Shown: positions 21,390 to 31,618 of the stretch, one piece after another
Layout of the letters: each line of letters starts with the position of its first letter
Numbering within the stretch: position 1 is the first letter of the stretch
Assembly: GCA_037129835.1 (NCBI GenBank)
Contig: JBAXUE010000002.1
Coordinates: 2,334 to 66,333, forward strand
Direction of reading: 5' to 3'
Source: a bacterium
GTDB lineage: Bacteria; Patescibacteriota; CPR2; UBA1875; CAIMLA01
DNA length: 64,000 nucleotides
Position numbers and translations under genes: made by a program
The notes under the pieces: generated by a model
Database searches by the model: none
Seen by the model: the letters and a program-made list of their open reading frames with translations, nothing else
What the model was told of the DNA's origin: nothing

Positions 21390-21797
21390 ATGCCAACAAT
21401 TAATCAACTTATTAGAAAACCAAGAAAAAGTCCAAAGTCGAAGAGCAAATCACCAGCACTTCAACGTGGTTTTAACGCTCTCAAAAACAGAGCAACAATA
21501 TTACCTTCACCACAAAAGAGGGGAGTATGCGTTAAAGTTACTACCACTACACCAAAGAAGCCGAATTCGGCTCTTCGTAAAATAGCTCGTGTTAGACTTA
21601 CAAACGGCATGGAAGTAACTGCATATATTCCAGGGATTGGTCACAATCTTCAGGAGCACAGCGTGGTTATGATTCGTGGCGGTCGAGTAAAGGATCTTCC
21701 TGGTGTTAGATATCATATTGTCAGAGGTACCTTGGATACGGCAGGAGTTGCAAATCGAAAACAAGGGCGCAGTAAATACGGCGCTAAGAAAGCGTAA
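21390..21797 (+). CDS. rpsL: 30S ribosomal protein S12
   Basis: [22 protein letters not shown]. Confidence 0.99.
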   Translation: MPTINQLIRKPRKSPKSKSKSPALQRGFNALKNRATILPSPQKRGVCVKVTTTTPKKPNSALRKIARVRLTNGMEVTAYIPGIGHNLQEHSVVMIRGGRVKDLPGVRYHIVRGTLDTAGVANRKQGRSKYGAKKA

Positions 21798-21809
21798 GGG
21801 AGTAATAAA

Positions 21810-22286
21810 ATGCCAAGAAATCCAAAAAAAGTAGAAAAAAGAATTCTGTTACCAGATGCAAAATATAATAGTGTTTTGGTAACTAAATTTATAAACAAAA
21901 TTATGTTAGACGGCAAAAAAAGTCTTGCACAGCGACTAGTTTATAGCGCTATTGACGAAGCCGGCAAAAAAGTAAACAAAGAAGGCCTTGAGGTCTTCGA
22001 AACAGCAATCAAAAATGTTTCTCCAGTTCTTCAGGTTAAATCACGTAGAATCGGTGGGGCAACTTATCAAGTTCCTATGGAAGTTAAGGGAGACCGACGT
22101 CTTCATTATGCTTTCGCATGGGTTCGTGACGCCGCTAGAAAGCGAAGTGGTCTTTCTTTTGATAAAGCGCTCGCTATCGAGCTTGCAGATTCTTACAACA
22201 ACGTTGGAACAGCAATCAAGAAAAGAGAAGACACCCACAAGATGGCAGAAGCCAACAAAGCCTTTGCTCATTTCGCAAGATACTAA
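21810..22286 (+). CDS. rpsG: 30S ribosomal protein S7
   Basis: RRIGGATYQVP, HKMAEANKAFAH. Confidence 0.99.
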   Translation: MPRNPKKVEKRILLPDAKYNSVLVTKFINKIMLDGKKSLAQRLVYSAIDEAGKKVNKEGLEVFETAIKNVSPVLQVKSRRIGGATYQVPMEVKGDRRLHYAFAWVRDAARKRSGLSFDKALAIELADSYNNVGTAIKKREDTHKMAEANKAFAHFARY

Positions 22287-22312
22287 ACAATTAATAATTT
22301 AAAATTCCTTTT

Positions 22313-22370
22313 CGTCATCCTGAACTAGATTCAGGATCTCACGAGATTTCGAAATGATTTCGGAATGACG
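22313..22370. repeat. GTCAT...ATGAC palindromic element between rpsG and fusA
   Basis: CGTCATCCTGAA-CTAGA-TTCAGGATCTC-AC-GAGATTTCGAAATGATTTCGGAATGACG. Confidence 0.8.
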
Positions 22371-22394
22371 GCGGGGTCAGGGGGACGGGTTTTT

Positions 22395-24485
22395 ATGCCT
22401 AGAGAATATTCATTAGACAATACAAGAAACATCGGAATCGCCGCGCACATTGATGCAGGTAAGACTACAGTTACTGAGCGTATTTTATACTACACCGGCA
22501 AAACACATAAAATCGGTGAAGTTCATGAAGGCGCAGCCACTATGGACTGGATGGAACAAGAACAGGAGAGGGGAATTACTATCACTTCTGCTGCTACTAC
22601 TTGTTTTTGGAAAAAACATCGAATCAATATTATCGACACACCCGGACACGTTGACTTTACCGTTGAGGTAGAGCGTTCTTTACGCGTTTTGGATGGTGCT
22701 GTTGTAGTTTTTGATGGTAAAAACGGCGTAGAGCCTCAATCGGAGACTGTTTGGCGTCAAGCTGATAAATACAGTGTTCCTAGGATCGCTTTTGTTAACA
22801 AGCTAGACGCTATCGGTGGGGACTTCTACATGTCTCTTGAATCGATCAAGGATAGACTTGGCGCGAATGCAGTTGCAATGCAGCTGCCTATAGGCATGGA
22901 GTCTGGTTTTTCCGGCGTTGTAGATCTCATGGAAATGAAATCTATCAATTATGGTAATGAAGATATGGGCAAGGAACAGAAAATCGAAGAAATTCCTGCG
23001 GATATGCTAGAAAAAGCCCAAGAATATAGGGCTACTATGGTAGAAAAAATTTCTGAAACTGACGATGGACTTCTAGAGAAATTTTTCGAAGGCGTCGAAC
23101 CTACAATACCAGAGCTAAAGAAAGCTCTTAGGGCTGCCACTATCGCTAATAAAATCGTAGGTGTTTTTGCAGGTACTGCTCTTAAGAATAAAGGCGTTCA
23201 GCCGATGCTGGATGCTGTTATTGATTATTTGCCAAATCCGCTAGAAGTTCCAGCTGCAAAGGGCGAAGATCCAAAGACTGGAGAAGAGATAGCTGTTGAG
23301 AGTACTGATGATGGCCCATTCTGTGGCTTAGTATTCAAGATTGCTGCTGACCCATTTGTCGGAAAGCTTGCTTTCTTACGTGTTTATCGCGGTAAACTGA
23401 CTTCTGGAAGCTATGTTTTAAACGTAGCTACTGGTGAGAAAGAACGCATCGGACGTATTGTTCGGATGCACTCAAATACTCGTGAAGAAGTTTCCGAGGT
23501 ATTTGCTGGTGAAATCGCTGCTGCTGTAGGGCTGAAGAATACTCTGACTGGTAACACCATATGTGATCCAGCTCATCCAGTTCTTCTTGAGAATATTACC
23601 TTCCCAGAGCCAGTTATCCAGGTTGCTATTGAGCCAAAGACCAAAGCAGACCAAGAGAAAATGGGTATCGCACTTTCTAGACTTGCCGAAGAGGATCCTA
23701 CTTTCCGTGTTCATACTGACGAAGAGACCAGCCAGACAATTATTGCTGGAATGGGTGAGCTTCACCTAGATATCCTAGTCGAAAGAATGAAACGTGAATT
23801 CAAGGTAGAAGCTAATGTTGGTAAGCCTCAAGTTGCTTATCGTGAAAGTATCAAATCTTCTGTCAAACAAGAAGGTAAATTTGTTCGTCAATCAGGTGGA
23901 CGCGGACAATATGGTCATGTTTGGATCGAAGTTGAGCCGAACGAAGAAGGCGGCGGTTTCGAATTCATCAACAAAATTGTTGGTGGAACGATTCCAAAAG
24001 AATATATCAATCCCGTACAGAACGGTATCAGAGAAGCGCTTGATAATGGTGTTATTGCCGGATATCCAGTAGTAGATGTCAAAGTGACTTTATACGACGG
24101 TTCTTTCCACGAAGTCGATTCAAATGAAATGGCCTTTAAAATTGCTGGTTCTATGGCGCTTCAAGAAGCTGTCCGTAAGGCAACTCCGATTATCCTTGAG
24201 CCTATTATGAAGGTAGAAGTTACTGTCCCAGAAGAATATATGGGTGATATTATGGGAGATCTCAATTCAAAACGCGGTAAGATACAGCAAATGTCAGATA
24301 GGGGAAATGCCAAGATTGTTGACGCATTTGTACCTCTTGCTGAGATGTTTGGTTATGCTACAAACTTGCGTTCTATGACCCAAGGTCGCGGTACAAGTAC
24401 TATGGAATTTGATCATTATGAGGAAGTTCCTAGAAATGTTGCCGAAGAAATTATCGCTAAACGTGGTAAAAAACAAGCAGAATAA
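22395..24485 (+). CDS. fusA: Elongation factor G
   Basis: [30 protein letters not shown]; start at ATG 22395. Confidence 0.99.
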   Translation: MPREYSLDNTRNIGIAAHIDAGKTTVTERILYYTGKTHKIGEVHEGAATMDWMEQEQERGITITSAATTCFWKKHRINIIDTPGHVDFTVEVERSLRVLDGAVVVFDGKNGVEPQSETVWRQADKYSVPRIAFVNKLDAIGGDFYMSLESIKDRLGANAVAMQLPIGMESGFSGVVDLMEMKSINYGNEDMGKEQKIEEIPADMLEKAQEYRATMVEKISETDDGLLEKFFEGVEPTIPELKKALRAATIANKIVGVFAGTALKNKGVQPMLDAVIDYLPNPLEVPAAKGEDPKTGEEIAVESTDDGPFCGLVFKIAADPFVGKLAFLRVYRGKLTSGSYVLNVATGEKERIGRIVRMHSNTREEVSEVFAGEIAAAVGLKNTLTGNTICDPAHPVLLENITFPEPVIQVAIEPKTKADQEKMGIALSRLAEEDPTFRVHTDEETSQTIIAGMGELHLDILVERMKREFKVEANVGKPQVAYRESIKSSVKQEGKFVRQSGGRGQYGHVWIEVEPNEEGGGFEFINKIVGGTIPKEYINPVQNGIREALDNGVIAGYPVVDVKVTLYDGSFHEVDSNEMAFKIAGSMALQEAVRKATPIILEPIMKVEVTVPEEYMGDIMGDLNSKRGKIQQMSDRGNAKIVDAFVPLAEMFGYATNLRSMTQGRGTSTMEFDHYEEVPRNVAEEIIAKRGKKQAE

Positions 24486-24514
24486 TAATCATATAAAAGT
24501 ATAAGACATAATTC

Positions 24515-24540
24515 AAAAAGAGTCCGAAAGGGCTCTTTTT
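24515..24540 (+). terminator. Intrinsic terminator after fusA
   Basis: AAAAGAGTCC-GAAA-GGGCTCTTTTT. Confidence 0.75.
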
Positions 24541-24602
24541 GTATGGCTAAATTAGTATATATTTATTACAATATAACCAAAGAGTTTAATAAGGGAGATA
24601 AT

Positions 24603-25499
24603 ATGGAACCAGATTCAAGCGAAGAGAACATCGAAGTAGAAACAAATGAAGTAAGTACGGAAAGTATGGAACAACCAGCAGAAGATGTGAGGCCAGAAGA
24701 ACCTGTAGTGCGGGAAATGCCAAACCAGCCAGCACCAGTAGTAGAAGAACCGGCACCACAGCAAGCAACTCCGGCAGTACAAGCACCAAGAGCCACTGCT
24801 AGTGTTTCTGGTGATAAAGTAAGTGTGTCTGGCTATCTGGGCAGTCTGAAGAAACTTTTTACAAATCCGACTGAATTCATCAAGGAGCTTTCGGCCAAAA
24901 TTGACAACACGATAATATTTGTTTTAATAAATGTCGCATTTATGGTTTTGGCTTATTTTATAACATCTATAATTGGTTCTCTAAGCGCGGAGATAGATAT
25001 TACTGGCCAGCTTTTTTGGGAAATAATAAAAGTTCAATTTTTTACAGTTATATCAGGAATTGGTTTTCTCGCTATCGTTGCCTTGATCGCCTTTTTGTCG
25101 GGTAAAATTAGTCAAAAACAAGCTACTTTTGCAGATAATTTGGCAGTGAGCTCTGTCTTTTCACTTAATTTCTTGGCAATCGGTGTTAGCTCCTTTTTCG
25201 GACTTTTTTACATTTGGTTTCCTAGTATTGCTCAATTTGTCTTACTTTTACAAACAGTGATACCAAGCCTAGCATTGGTCTATTCAACCGTAATTTTGAT
25301 TCAAGCACTCGTCGAATTGTACCAATATTCATATCTCAGAGCAGTCTTGATATATGTTACATCAAGCATAGTAATATTGTTTATAGTGGGGCAACTATTT
25401 ACGTCTTTTGACTTATATTTTAATGTAGACTTCGGCTCAGTAGGTGGGGGCATCAGTGGAATCAGTTTAGTTAGTATGATGAACAATCTTAGTTTCTAA
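24603..25499 (+). CDS. Membrane protein with acidic Pro/Glu-rich N-terminus, Yip1-like topology
   Basis: Disordered N-terminus, LFTNPTEF motif before about 5 TM helices; AGGGAG SD. Confidence 0.65.
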   Translation: MEPDSSEENIEVETNEVSTESMEQPAEDVRPEEPVVREMPNQPAPVVEEPAPQQATPAVQAPRATASVSGDKVSVSGYLGSLKKLFTNPTEFIKELSAKIDNTIIFVLINVAFMVLAYFITSIIGSLSAEIDITGQLFWEIIKVQFFTVISGIGFLAIVALIAFLSGKISQKQATFADNLAVSSVFSLNFLAIGVSSFFGLFYIWFPSIAQFVLLLQTVIPSLALVYSTVILIQALVELYQYSYLRAVLIYVTSSIVILFIVGQLFTSFDLYFNVDFGSVGGGISGISLVSMMNNLSF

Positions 25500-25539
25500 A
25501 TTTCCTGGGTTATTAACTCAAAAACAATCATTAAAAGTA

Positions 25540-25568
25540 TTGCACAAAATAGTTATTTATAGTAATAT
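25540..25568 (+). promoter_or_regulatory. tuf promoter
   Basis: TTGCAC-17 nt-TAATAT. Confidence 0.55.
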
Positions 25569-25657
25569 TTGTAGGCAAAATGAATAGCAAACCACCACGC
25601 CGTAGGGCGCGGATGGTTTAAATGTGTAAAGTAACAAAATAAAAAAAGACAAAATAA

Positions 25658-25689
25658 TCCGCCTACGTTAGCAGCGACGGACGGACAAG
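25658..25689 (+). repeat. Short CCGCCTACG...CTACGG hairpin repeat directly before the tuf SD
   Basis: TCCGCCTACGTTAGCAGCGACGGACGGACAAG, near-identical to 30328. Confidence 0.7.
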
Positions 25690-25700
25690 AAGGAGACAAA

Positions 25701-26876
25701 ATGGCTGAAGTTTATAAGAGAAACAAACCCCATGTAAACGTTGGTACTATCGGACACGTAGATCATGGTAAAACTACCCTTACAGCAGCAATTACATCTG
25801 TACTTGCAAAAAAAGGCCTAGCTACTGCTAGAAAATTTTCTGATATTGATAATGCTCCAGAAGAGCGAGAACGTGGTATTACTATTGCGACTTCTCATCA
25901 AGAGTACGAAACAGAGAAACGTCACTATGCGCACGTTGATTGTCCTGGACATGCCGATTATGTAAAGAATATGATCACTGGTGCTGCACAGATGGACGGC
26001 GCGATTTTGGTTGTAGCTGCTACTGACGGTCCTATGCCTCAGACTCGTGAGCATATCCTACTTGCTAAACAAGTTGGTGTTCCAAAGATCGTTGTTTATA
26101 TGAACAAATGCGACATGGTTGATGACGCAGAGATGCTTGACCTTGTTGAGATGGAAATTCGTGAACTTCTTACTAAATACGAATTTGATGGTGACAATGC
26201 TCCTATCATTCGTGGTTCAGCATTAAAGGCTTTAGAAGGCGACGCCAAATACGAAGAGTCTATCATGGAGCTAATGAACGCACTTGACGAATACATCCCA
26301 GAGCCTATTCGTGACACTGACAAACCATTTATGATGGCTATCGAAGATGTTTTCTCGATCAAGGGTCGTGGAACAGTTGCTACTGGCCGTATCGATCGTG
26401 GTATTGTCAAAATCAATGATGAAGTTGAAATCGTCGGAATCAAACCTACTCGCAAGACTGTTGTTACTGGAATAGAAATGTTCAAGAAACAGCTCGAGCA
26501 AGGTCAAGCTGGCGACAACGCTGGTGTACTACTACGTGGTATTGAGAAAAATGACATCGAACGTGGTATGGTACTTGCTAAATCTGGTTCAGTTACTCCT
26601 CATACCGAATTTGAAGCACAAGTTTATGTCCTTACCAAAGAAGAAGGTGGACGTCACACTCCATTCTTCAAGGGTTATAAACCTCAATTCTATATCCGAA
26701 CAACTGATGTTACTGGCGAAATTGAATTTGAAGGTGAAATGATTATGCCTGGCGATGACGTCAAGATGATCGTTAAACTTATCCAACCAATCGCTATCGA
26801 AGAAGGTCTTCGTTTCGCTATCCGCGAAGGTGGCCGTACAGTTGGCGCCGGTGTTGTAACCAAGATCAACAAGTAA
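25701..26876 (+). CDS. tuf: Elongation factor Tu
   Basis: [29 protein letters not shown]. Confidence 0.99.
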   Translation: MAEVYKRNKPHVNVGTIGHVDHGKTTLTAAITSVLAKKGLATARKFSDIDNAPEERERGITIATSHQEYETEKRHYAHVDCPGHADYVKNMITGAAQMDGAILVVAATDGPMPQTREHILLAKQVGVPKIVVYMNKCDMVDDAEMLDLVEMEIRELLTKYEFDGDNAPIIRGSALKALEGDAKYEESIMELMNALDEYIPEPIRDTDKPFMMAIEDVFSIKGRGTVATGRIDRGIVKINDEVEIVGIKPTRKTVVTGIEMFKKQLEQGQAGDNAGVLLRGIEKNDIERGMVLAKSGSVTPHTEFEAQVYVLTKEEGGRHTPFFKGYKPQFYIRTTDVTGEIEFEGEMIMPGDDVKMIVKLIQPIAIEEGLRFAIREGGRTVGAGVVTKINK

Positions 26877-26888
26877 TAAAGGTATATA

Positions 26889-27209
26889 ATGGCAGAAAAG
26901 ACTGAAAAACAAAGAATCCGAATCAAGCTAAAGGCGTATGATAACAAAATCATCGATCAGTCTACGGCTCAAATCATTGAAACAGCTGTTCGCAGTGGTG
27001 CTAAAGTAGCGGGTCCAATCCCATTACCCACCGATAGAACACCGATAACGGTTCAGAGTGCTAGTTTTGTCAACAAGAATGCAAGAGAGCAGTTTGAGAT
27101 GAGAGTTCACAAGAGACTCCTTGATATTACTGATTTTTCTGCAAAAACAGTTGATAGTCTAATGAGTTTATCCCTACCTGCCGGAGTTGATATCGAAATC
27201 AAGATGTAA
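26889..27209 (+). CDS. rpsJ: 30S ribosomal protein S10
   Basis: [29 protein letters not shown]. Confidence 0.98.
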   Translation: MAEKTEKQRIRIKLKAYDNKIIDQSTAQIIETAVRSGAKVAGPIPLPTDRTPITVQSASFVNKNAREQFEMRVHKRLLDITDFSAKTVDSLMSLSLPAGVDIEIKM

Positions 27210-27210
27210 T

Positions 27211-27240
27211 AAAATCCCCCGAGAAATCGGGGGATTTTTT
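27211..27240 (+). terminator. Intrinsic terminator after rpsJ
   Basis: AAAATCCCCCGA-GAAA-TCGGGGGATTTTTT. Confidence 0.85.
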
Positions 27241-27310
27241 AATATTATCAAAGTGATATTTTGTCAAAGTTGGATAATAAATAGTTTATGACAAATAAAG
27301 GATTTGAATT

Positions 27311-28129
27311 ATGTACCGCGCTTGTAAAATGAATGTAAATACAATTGATAAAAAAGTGATAGTCGAGATAACTAGGGTATGTAATCTCAATTGTGAACAT
27401 TGTTTGTACTCGGAGTTTTTAAATACACCAACTTTATATATGCCGATGGAGAAATATATCGAAATTATTGAGACATTTGCCTCCAAAGGATTTTCTAGAG
27501 TGGTTCTTACGGGAGGGGAGCCTACATTGCACCCTCAGCTGATTAAAATGTCGAAATACGCACGAGCTAGAGGCTTTACGGTTTCTATATGTACAAATGG
27601 TGTTATAAATATGGATGAAGAAATGCTCATAGCATTTCCTTTTGCAACCTTTACAATTAGTCTGGATTCGCATATACCCGAGGTTCACGACTTATTTCGT
27701 GGTCGCAAGGGAGCATTTAAGAAAACTATACTTTTCATAGAAAAGCTTAAACAAAAAGGTAAGAATGTTTCTATACACATAGCCCTCGGGGAGTTTAATA
27801 TAGATCGGATAGATGAAACTATTACATACGCTCTGGAGTTTAGCCGTGAGGTAGTCCTCGCTACTGTATATCTAAAGAATCAAAATGATAATATCGAATA
27901 TCAATCGAAGCTTCAAGCAGTAAAAAAACGTTATTTATTATCACAAGAAGTGATTTTGGTCGGTTTTGCGGAATATTGTGAAAACCCAGATTGTCTTTAT
28001 GGGAAAAATATTGTATTTATTAATAAAGATGGAAACAGTGTTGATTGTTATTGGAAGAAAAACGGTGGTAAGATAATATCAATAGATTCAGCATTAACTA
28101 GGAAAGTCGTAGGCATTGAAGAGAATTAG
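27311..28129 (+). CDS. Radical SAM protein with a short Cys-containing C-terminal (Twitch/SPASM-like) extension
   Basis: EITRVCNLNCEHC (CxxxCxxC), LTGGEPTLHP, CTNG, ISLDS..EVHD.FRG..GAF; C-terminal CENPDC...DCYW; start may be ATG 27329. Confidence 0.9.
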   Translation: MYRACKMNVNTIDKKVIVEITRVCNLNCEHCLYSEFLNTPTLYMPMEKYIEIIETFASKGFSRVVLTGGEPTLHPQLIKMSKYARARGFTVSICTNGVINMDEEMLIAFPFATFTISLDSHIPEVHDLFRGRKGAFKKTILFIEKLKQKGKNVSIHIALGEFNIDRIDETITYALEFSREVVLATVYLKNQNDNIEYQSKLQAVKKRYLLSQEVILVGFAEYCENPDCLYGKNIVFINKDGNSVDCYWKKNGGKIISIDSALTRKVVGIEEN

Positions 28130-29201
28130 CGATAAATATCAAATATTTGATAAGAATGAGGTTGAGATACTAGCAGAACAGCTAGAATCTGGGAAATTGT
28201 CCGGTACCAGTGTAGCTATTCAAGATTATGAAGATGATTTGTCTCAATTCTTTGATGCAAAGTTTGCCGTTGCTGTATCGTCTGGTACTGCCGCTATTCA
28301 AGTTGCACTATTTTCGCTCGGGCTTTCGAAAGGGGATAAAGTCATGTTAACACCGACTTGTCCAATGATGACAGTGTATCCGATAATTTTTGCAGGTTTA
28401 GTGCCGGTATTTGTTGATACTGAAGCAGATTCATTCGGTTTTGATATTGAAGATGTGGTTAAAAAGTTTGATTCTAAAGTAAGGGCGGTTATAGATATCC
28501 CAATGTGGGGTTATCCAATGGACGTGAAGAAGCGTCAGGAATTTTGTCATAGTCATGACTTGTTATATATCTTAGACTTAGCGCAAGCTCATGGCAGCAA
28601 ATTCGGAGGCAAATATCTATCAAAATATTGTGACGTCGCTTGCTTTAGCACGCACGATAGAAAGATACTTTCCACGGGGGAGGGTGGATTTATATTAACT
28701 GACGATAGGCAGACTGCTGAATCGGCAAAGTCTTTCACTCAATTTGGTTTCATGAAAGGTGTTGATTTCGGGTTAAATTATAAATTGGGTGCGTTGCAAG
28801 CAACCATAGGAAAAAACAGATTGAAACAGGTAAATAGTCAATTAGTAAAACGTAAAGAAAATTCAGATTTACTAAGATCCCTTATTAAAAATAATTCAGT
28901 TAGTGAATTTAAGATAACAGAAAGGGGAACTGCCAACTATTATACATATTTACTTAGTTTAAGGTTTAAGGATAATCTGGGTTTTATCAAATATCTTGAA
29001 GAGAAAGGTATCCCATCAGATATTACGAGGTATTCATATCTTCCTTTGTATGAATTGCCAGCATTTTTAGAATATGGGACGGTTTGTGCAAATGCCGAAC
29101 TCTTATCAAAAACGATAACTACCATCCCGGTTCACCCGGGGATTACAGTGGATGATATCCAATATATAGCAGAGTGTATTAATTTATATGAGGAGAGATA
29201 A
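28116..29201 (+). CDS. DegT/DnrJ/EryC1/StrS-family PLP-dependent aminotransferase
   Basis: VSSGTAAI, PVFVD, DLAQAHG, FSTHDRKILSTGEGG (PLP lysine), GLNYKL, TIPVHP. Confidence 0.93.
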   Translation: MKRISDKYQIFDKNEVEILAEQLESGKLSGTSVAIQDYEDDLSQFFDAKFAVAVSSGTAAIQVALFSLGLSKGDKVMLTPTCPMMTVYPIIFAGLVPVFVDTEADSFGFDIEDVVKKFDSKVRAVIDIPMWGYPMDVKKRQEFCHSHDLLYILDLAQAHGSKFGGKYLSKYCDVACFSTHDRKILSTGEGGFILTDDRQTAESAKSFTQFGFMKGVDFGLNYKLGALQATIGKNRLKQVNSQLVKRKENSDLLRSLIKNNSVSEFKITERGTANYYTYLLSLRFKDNLGFIKYLEEKGIPSDITRYSYLPLYELPAFLEYGTVCANAELLSKTITTIPVHPGITVDDIQYIAECINLYEER

Positions 29202-29659
29202 TGGAGAAACATTTTACAGCTTCGGCTTTAGTATTTAATTCGGCTGGACATATATTACTATTAAAACATAAAAAGTTAGGCGTTTGGCTTGACCCGGGTG
29301 GGCATATTGAATCTGACGAAACGCCAGATGACGCCATAGTACGAGAAGTAAAGGAAGAAACAGGGCTTGATGTAGAGATAATTTCTGAAATCGACACCAA
29401 CCTTTCTGACCCAATCAATGATATAACTCCGCTAGCAAAACCATATACTATTCTTTCCGAACTGATTAGTAAGGGTGATGAATCTCATTATCATATAGAC
29501 TTATTCTATATTTGTAAGATAGTAGGTGGTGAAACATTGTCTGCAGGTGAAGGGGAGTCAGTAGAAGTAGGGTTTTTCTCTGAAAAAGAGATTGGGGAAC
29601 TCGAATTATTCCCTAATTTTAGAAAACTGCTCGAGAAAGTATTTTTAGAACGCGGATAG
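29201..29659 (+). CDS. Nudix hydrolase
   Basis: Nudix box GGHIESDETPDDAIVREVKEETGL; HFTASA and H.HID motifs. Confidence 0.93.
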   Translation: MEKHFTASALVFNSAGHILLLKHKKLGVWLDPGGHIESDETPDDAIVREVKEETGLDVEIISEIDTNLSDPINDITPLAKPYTILSELISKGDESHYHIDLFYICKIVGGETLSAGEGESVEVGFFSEKEIGELELFPNFRKLLEKVFLERG

Positions 29660-29695
29660 TTTTTAATAAGTGTGATTCGCATCAAAGTTATTGTT

Positions 29696-29728
29696 AATAA
29701 GCGCTCTGCATAGAGCGTTTATTATTTT
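29696..29728 (+). terminator. Probable terminator of the rSAM-DegT-Nudix operon
   Basis: AATAAGCGCTCT-GCAT-AGAGCGTTTATT followed by a T-rich tract. Confidence 0.7.
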
Positions 29729-29744
29729 TGTATCTCAGATAACG

Positions 29745-29773
29745 TTGACATATCTTGTTTCTGGTAGTAAAAT
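29745..29773 (+). promoter_or_regulatory. Sigma70 promoter for the orphan ORF 29814
   Basis: TTGACA-17 nt-TAAAAT. Confidence 0.7.
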
Positions 29774-29813
29774 TACCAAGTTTTGTACCCTAGTCCCGTA
29801 GGAGGGATGCAAC

Positions 29814-30134
29814 ATGGCAAGACCACGAAAGCGGCTTGACCCAACGTTGGCTGGCAATCTGATATTCTCTATTGCCGGTATCTCCGATGATCACAACTTG
29901 GTGGAAATCGCTGACATCGTCAAAGAAGAGATCGGATTGTGGCAAGCTTGCATCGATCACCCCGAAAGGCGCAACTACCGACTCCATGTAGTCGGCGGCT
30001 CGGACCAGAAACTCCCAGATTTCGTCCTTGAGCACAAAGATGAGACATATACGTCTGCAGTTGCAGACGTATGGGACCTCGACGTAGAGGTTCTGGACGA
30101 AGATTCTCACCTTCGGGTGACCTGTCGTCTCTGA
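29814..30134 (+). CDS. Hypothetical acidic 106-aa protein, standalone unit
   Basis: Own promoter, GGAGG SD, GC-rich hairpin at 30153-30183 downstream; codons look GC-richer than neighbours. Confidence 0.65.
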   Translation: MARPRKRLDPTLAGNLIFSIAGISDDHNLVEIADIVKEEIGLWQACIDHPERRNYRLHVVGGSDQKLPDFVLEHKDETYTSAVADVWDLDVEVLDEDSHLRVTCRL

Positions 30135-30205
30135 ACGAGAAGTAGGTACAAAAGGGTGTCGTCGCTAACAAGCGGCGGCACCCAGTGTCTTTTCTTGAAA
30201 TATCG

Positions 30206-30234
30206 TTGACAAAAGACTATATATTTACTATACT
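30206..30234 (+). promoter_or_regulatory. rplC operon promoter
   Basis: TTGACA-17 nt-TATACT. Confidence 0.75.
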
Positions 30235-30327
30235 TATTCATGCGTAAAAAAATACGTTAAACCGTCGAGGGATGGGCAAGTCCAAAGGATACTGTCTATC
30301 TGTCGAAATATATTTTGTTGATTAAAA

Positions 30328-30359
30328 TCCGCCTATGCAAAAAGCTACGGACGGACAAG
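30328..30359 (+). repeat. Short CCGCCTACG...CTACGG hairpin repeat directly before the rplC SD
   Basis: TCCGCCTATGCAAAAAGCTACGGACGGACAAG. Confidence 0.7.
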
Positions 30360-30369
30360 AAGGCGAACA

Positions 30370-30999
30370 ATGAAGGCATTAATAGGTAAGAAAGTTGGAA
30401 TGACCCACATCTTTGATGAAAAGGGTAATGTAGTTCCTGTGACCGTCGTACAGGCGGGACCTTGTACTGTTGTTCAAGTTAAAACTGTAGAAATTGATGG
30501 CTATTCTGCCGTTCAGCTCGGTTTTGGCTTAAATAAAAGAATTAATAAACCGCTTGCCGGGCATGTAAAAGATTCAGGAGCAGTACCACGTACTTTGCGA
30601 GAATTTGAGATGACTGAGGATATCGCAAGCGAAAACGAAGAAACACCTTCTGCTATAAAAGTTGGTGATACATTTGACGTTTCTGTTTTCAGCGAAGGGG
30701 ATCAGCTCCAAGTAACTGGTACTTCCAAGGGTAAAGGATTTGCAGGTACTATAAAGCGTCATAATTTTACAACTGGTCCAAAGACACACGGATCACATAA
30801 TTATCGACAACCAGGCTCTATAGGTTCTGGCTATCCACAGCACGTCATGAAAGGCAAAAAGATGGCGGGTCAGATGGGCGCTGAACAAGTAAGCGTCAAA
30901 AACTTAAAAATTGTTAAAATTGATTTAGCCAACAATACCGTTGCGATAAAGGGTGCAGTACCCGGCCCTCGTAAAGGTTTAGTGATTTTGAGAGGTTAA
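30370..30999 (+). CDS. rplC: 50S ribosomal protein L3
   Basis: GKKVGMT, GTSKGKGFAG, KGAVPG. Confidence 0.98.
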   Translation: MKALIGKKVGMTHIFDEKGNVVPVTVVQAGPCTVVQVKTVEIDGYSAVQLGFGLNKRINKPLAGHVKDSGAVPRTLREFEMTEDIASENEETPSAIKVGDTFDVSVFSEGDQLQVTGTSKGKGFAGTIKRHNFTTGPKTHGSHNYRQPGSIGSGYPQHVMKGKKMAGQMGAEQVSVKNLKIVKIDLANNTVAIKGAVPGPRKGLVILRG

Positions 31000-31000
31000 T

Positions 31001-31618
31001 GTGAAAGTTTCTGTATACAATCAAAAAGGTGAAGCAAAAGAATCTCGCGAAGTTAAGGCTCCGGTTTTTAACGTAGCGGTAAATCCTGCGCTTATTCATG
31101 AAGTAGTAGTATCTCAACAGGCCGATAGACGCCTCGCACCAGCAAAAGTAAAGACTAGAGCTGAAGTTCGTGGTGGCGGTAAAAAACCATATAAACAAAA
31201 GGGGACAGGTAGAGCCAGAACTGGTTCAATCAGAAATCCAATTTGGCGTGGTGGTGGTATCACTTTCGGTCCTACAGGGATTCAAAATTTTGCGTTAAAA
31301 GTACTTAAAAAGAAAAGACGAGGAGCTATTGTTTCTTCTCTCGCTTCAAGAAAAGACAATGTCGCCATTGTTGAGTCATTTGACTTTGAAAAAACTAAAG
31401 ACGTGGCTAATCTAGTTCCAAAAATACTGGAAAGAGGCCACATCCTTTTTGTTACAAATGTTATGACCGAAAAAACCATCCTTTCTACCAGAAATATTAA
31501 TAACGTTAGAGTCTGTGATTATAGAAATCTAAATGTTTATGACATTCTCTGGTCAGATAAGTTGGTATTCGTAGCAGATGCACTAGAATTGACCAATGAA
31601 TTTTGGGGGACAAAATAA
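31001..31618 (+). CDS. rplD: 50S ribosomal protein L4
   Basis: KPYKQKGTGRARTGS. Confidence 0.98.
   Translation: MKVSVYNQKGEAKESREVKAPVFNVAVNPALIHEVVVSQQADRRLAPAKVKTRAEVRGGGKKPYKQKGTGRARTGSIRNPIWRGGGITFGPTGIQNFALKVLKKKRRGAIVSSLASRKDNVAIVESFDFEKTKDVANLVPKILERGHILFVTNVMTEKTILSTRNINNVRVCDYRNLNVYDILWSDKLVFVADALELTNEFWGTK

Noticed and set aside
27288-27332. 14-codon ORF (MTNKGFELCTALVK) before the radical SAM gene as a possible RiPP precursor
   Set aside because: No SD, very short, and the aminotransferase/Nudix partners point to small-molecule rather than peptide chemistry
29790-30171. Minus-strand ORFs overlapping the orphan gene
   Set aside because: Promoter, SD and hairpin all support the + strand ORF
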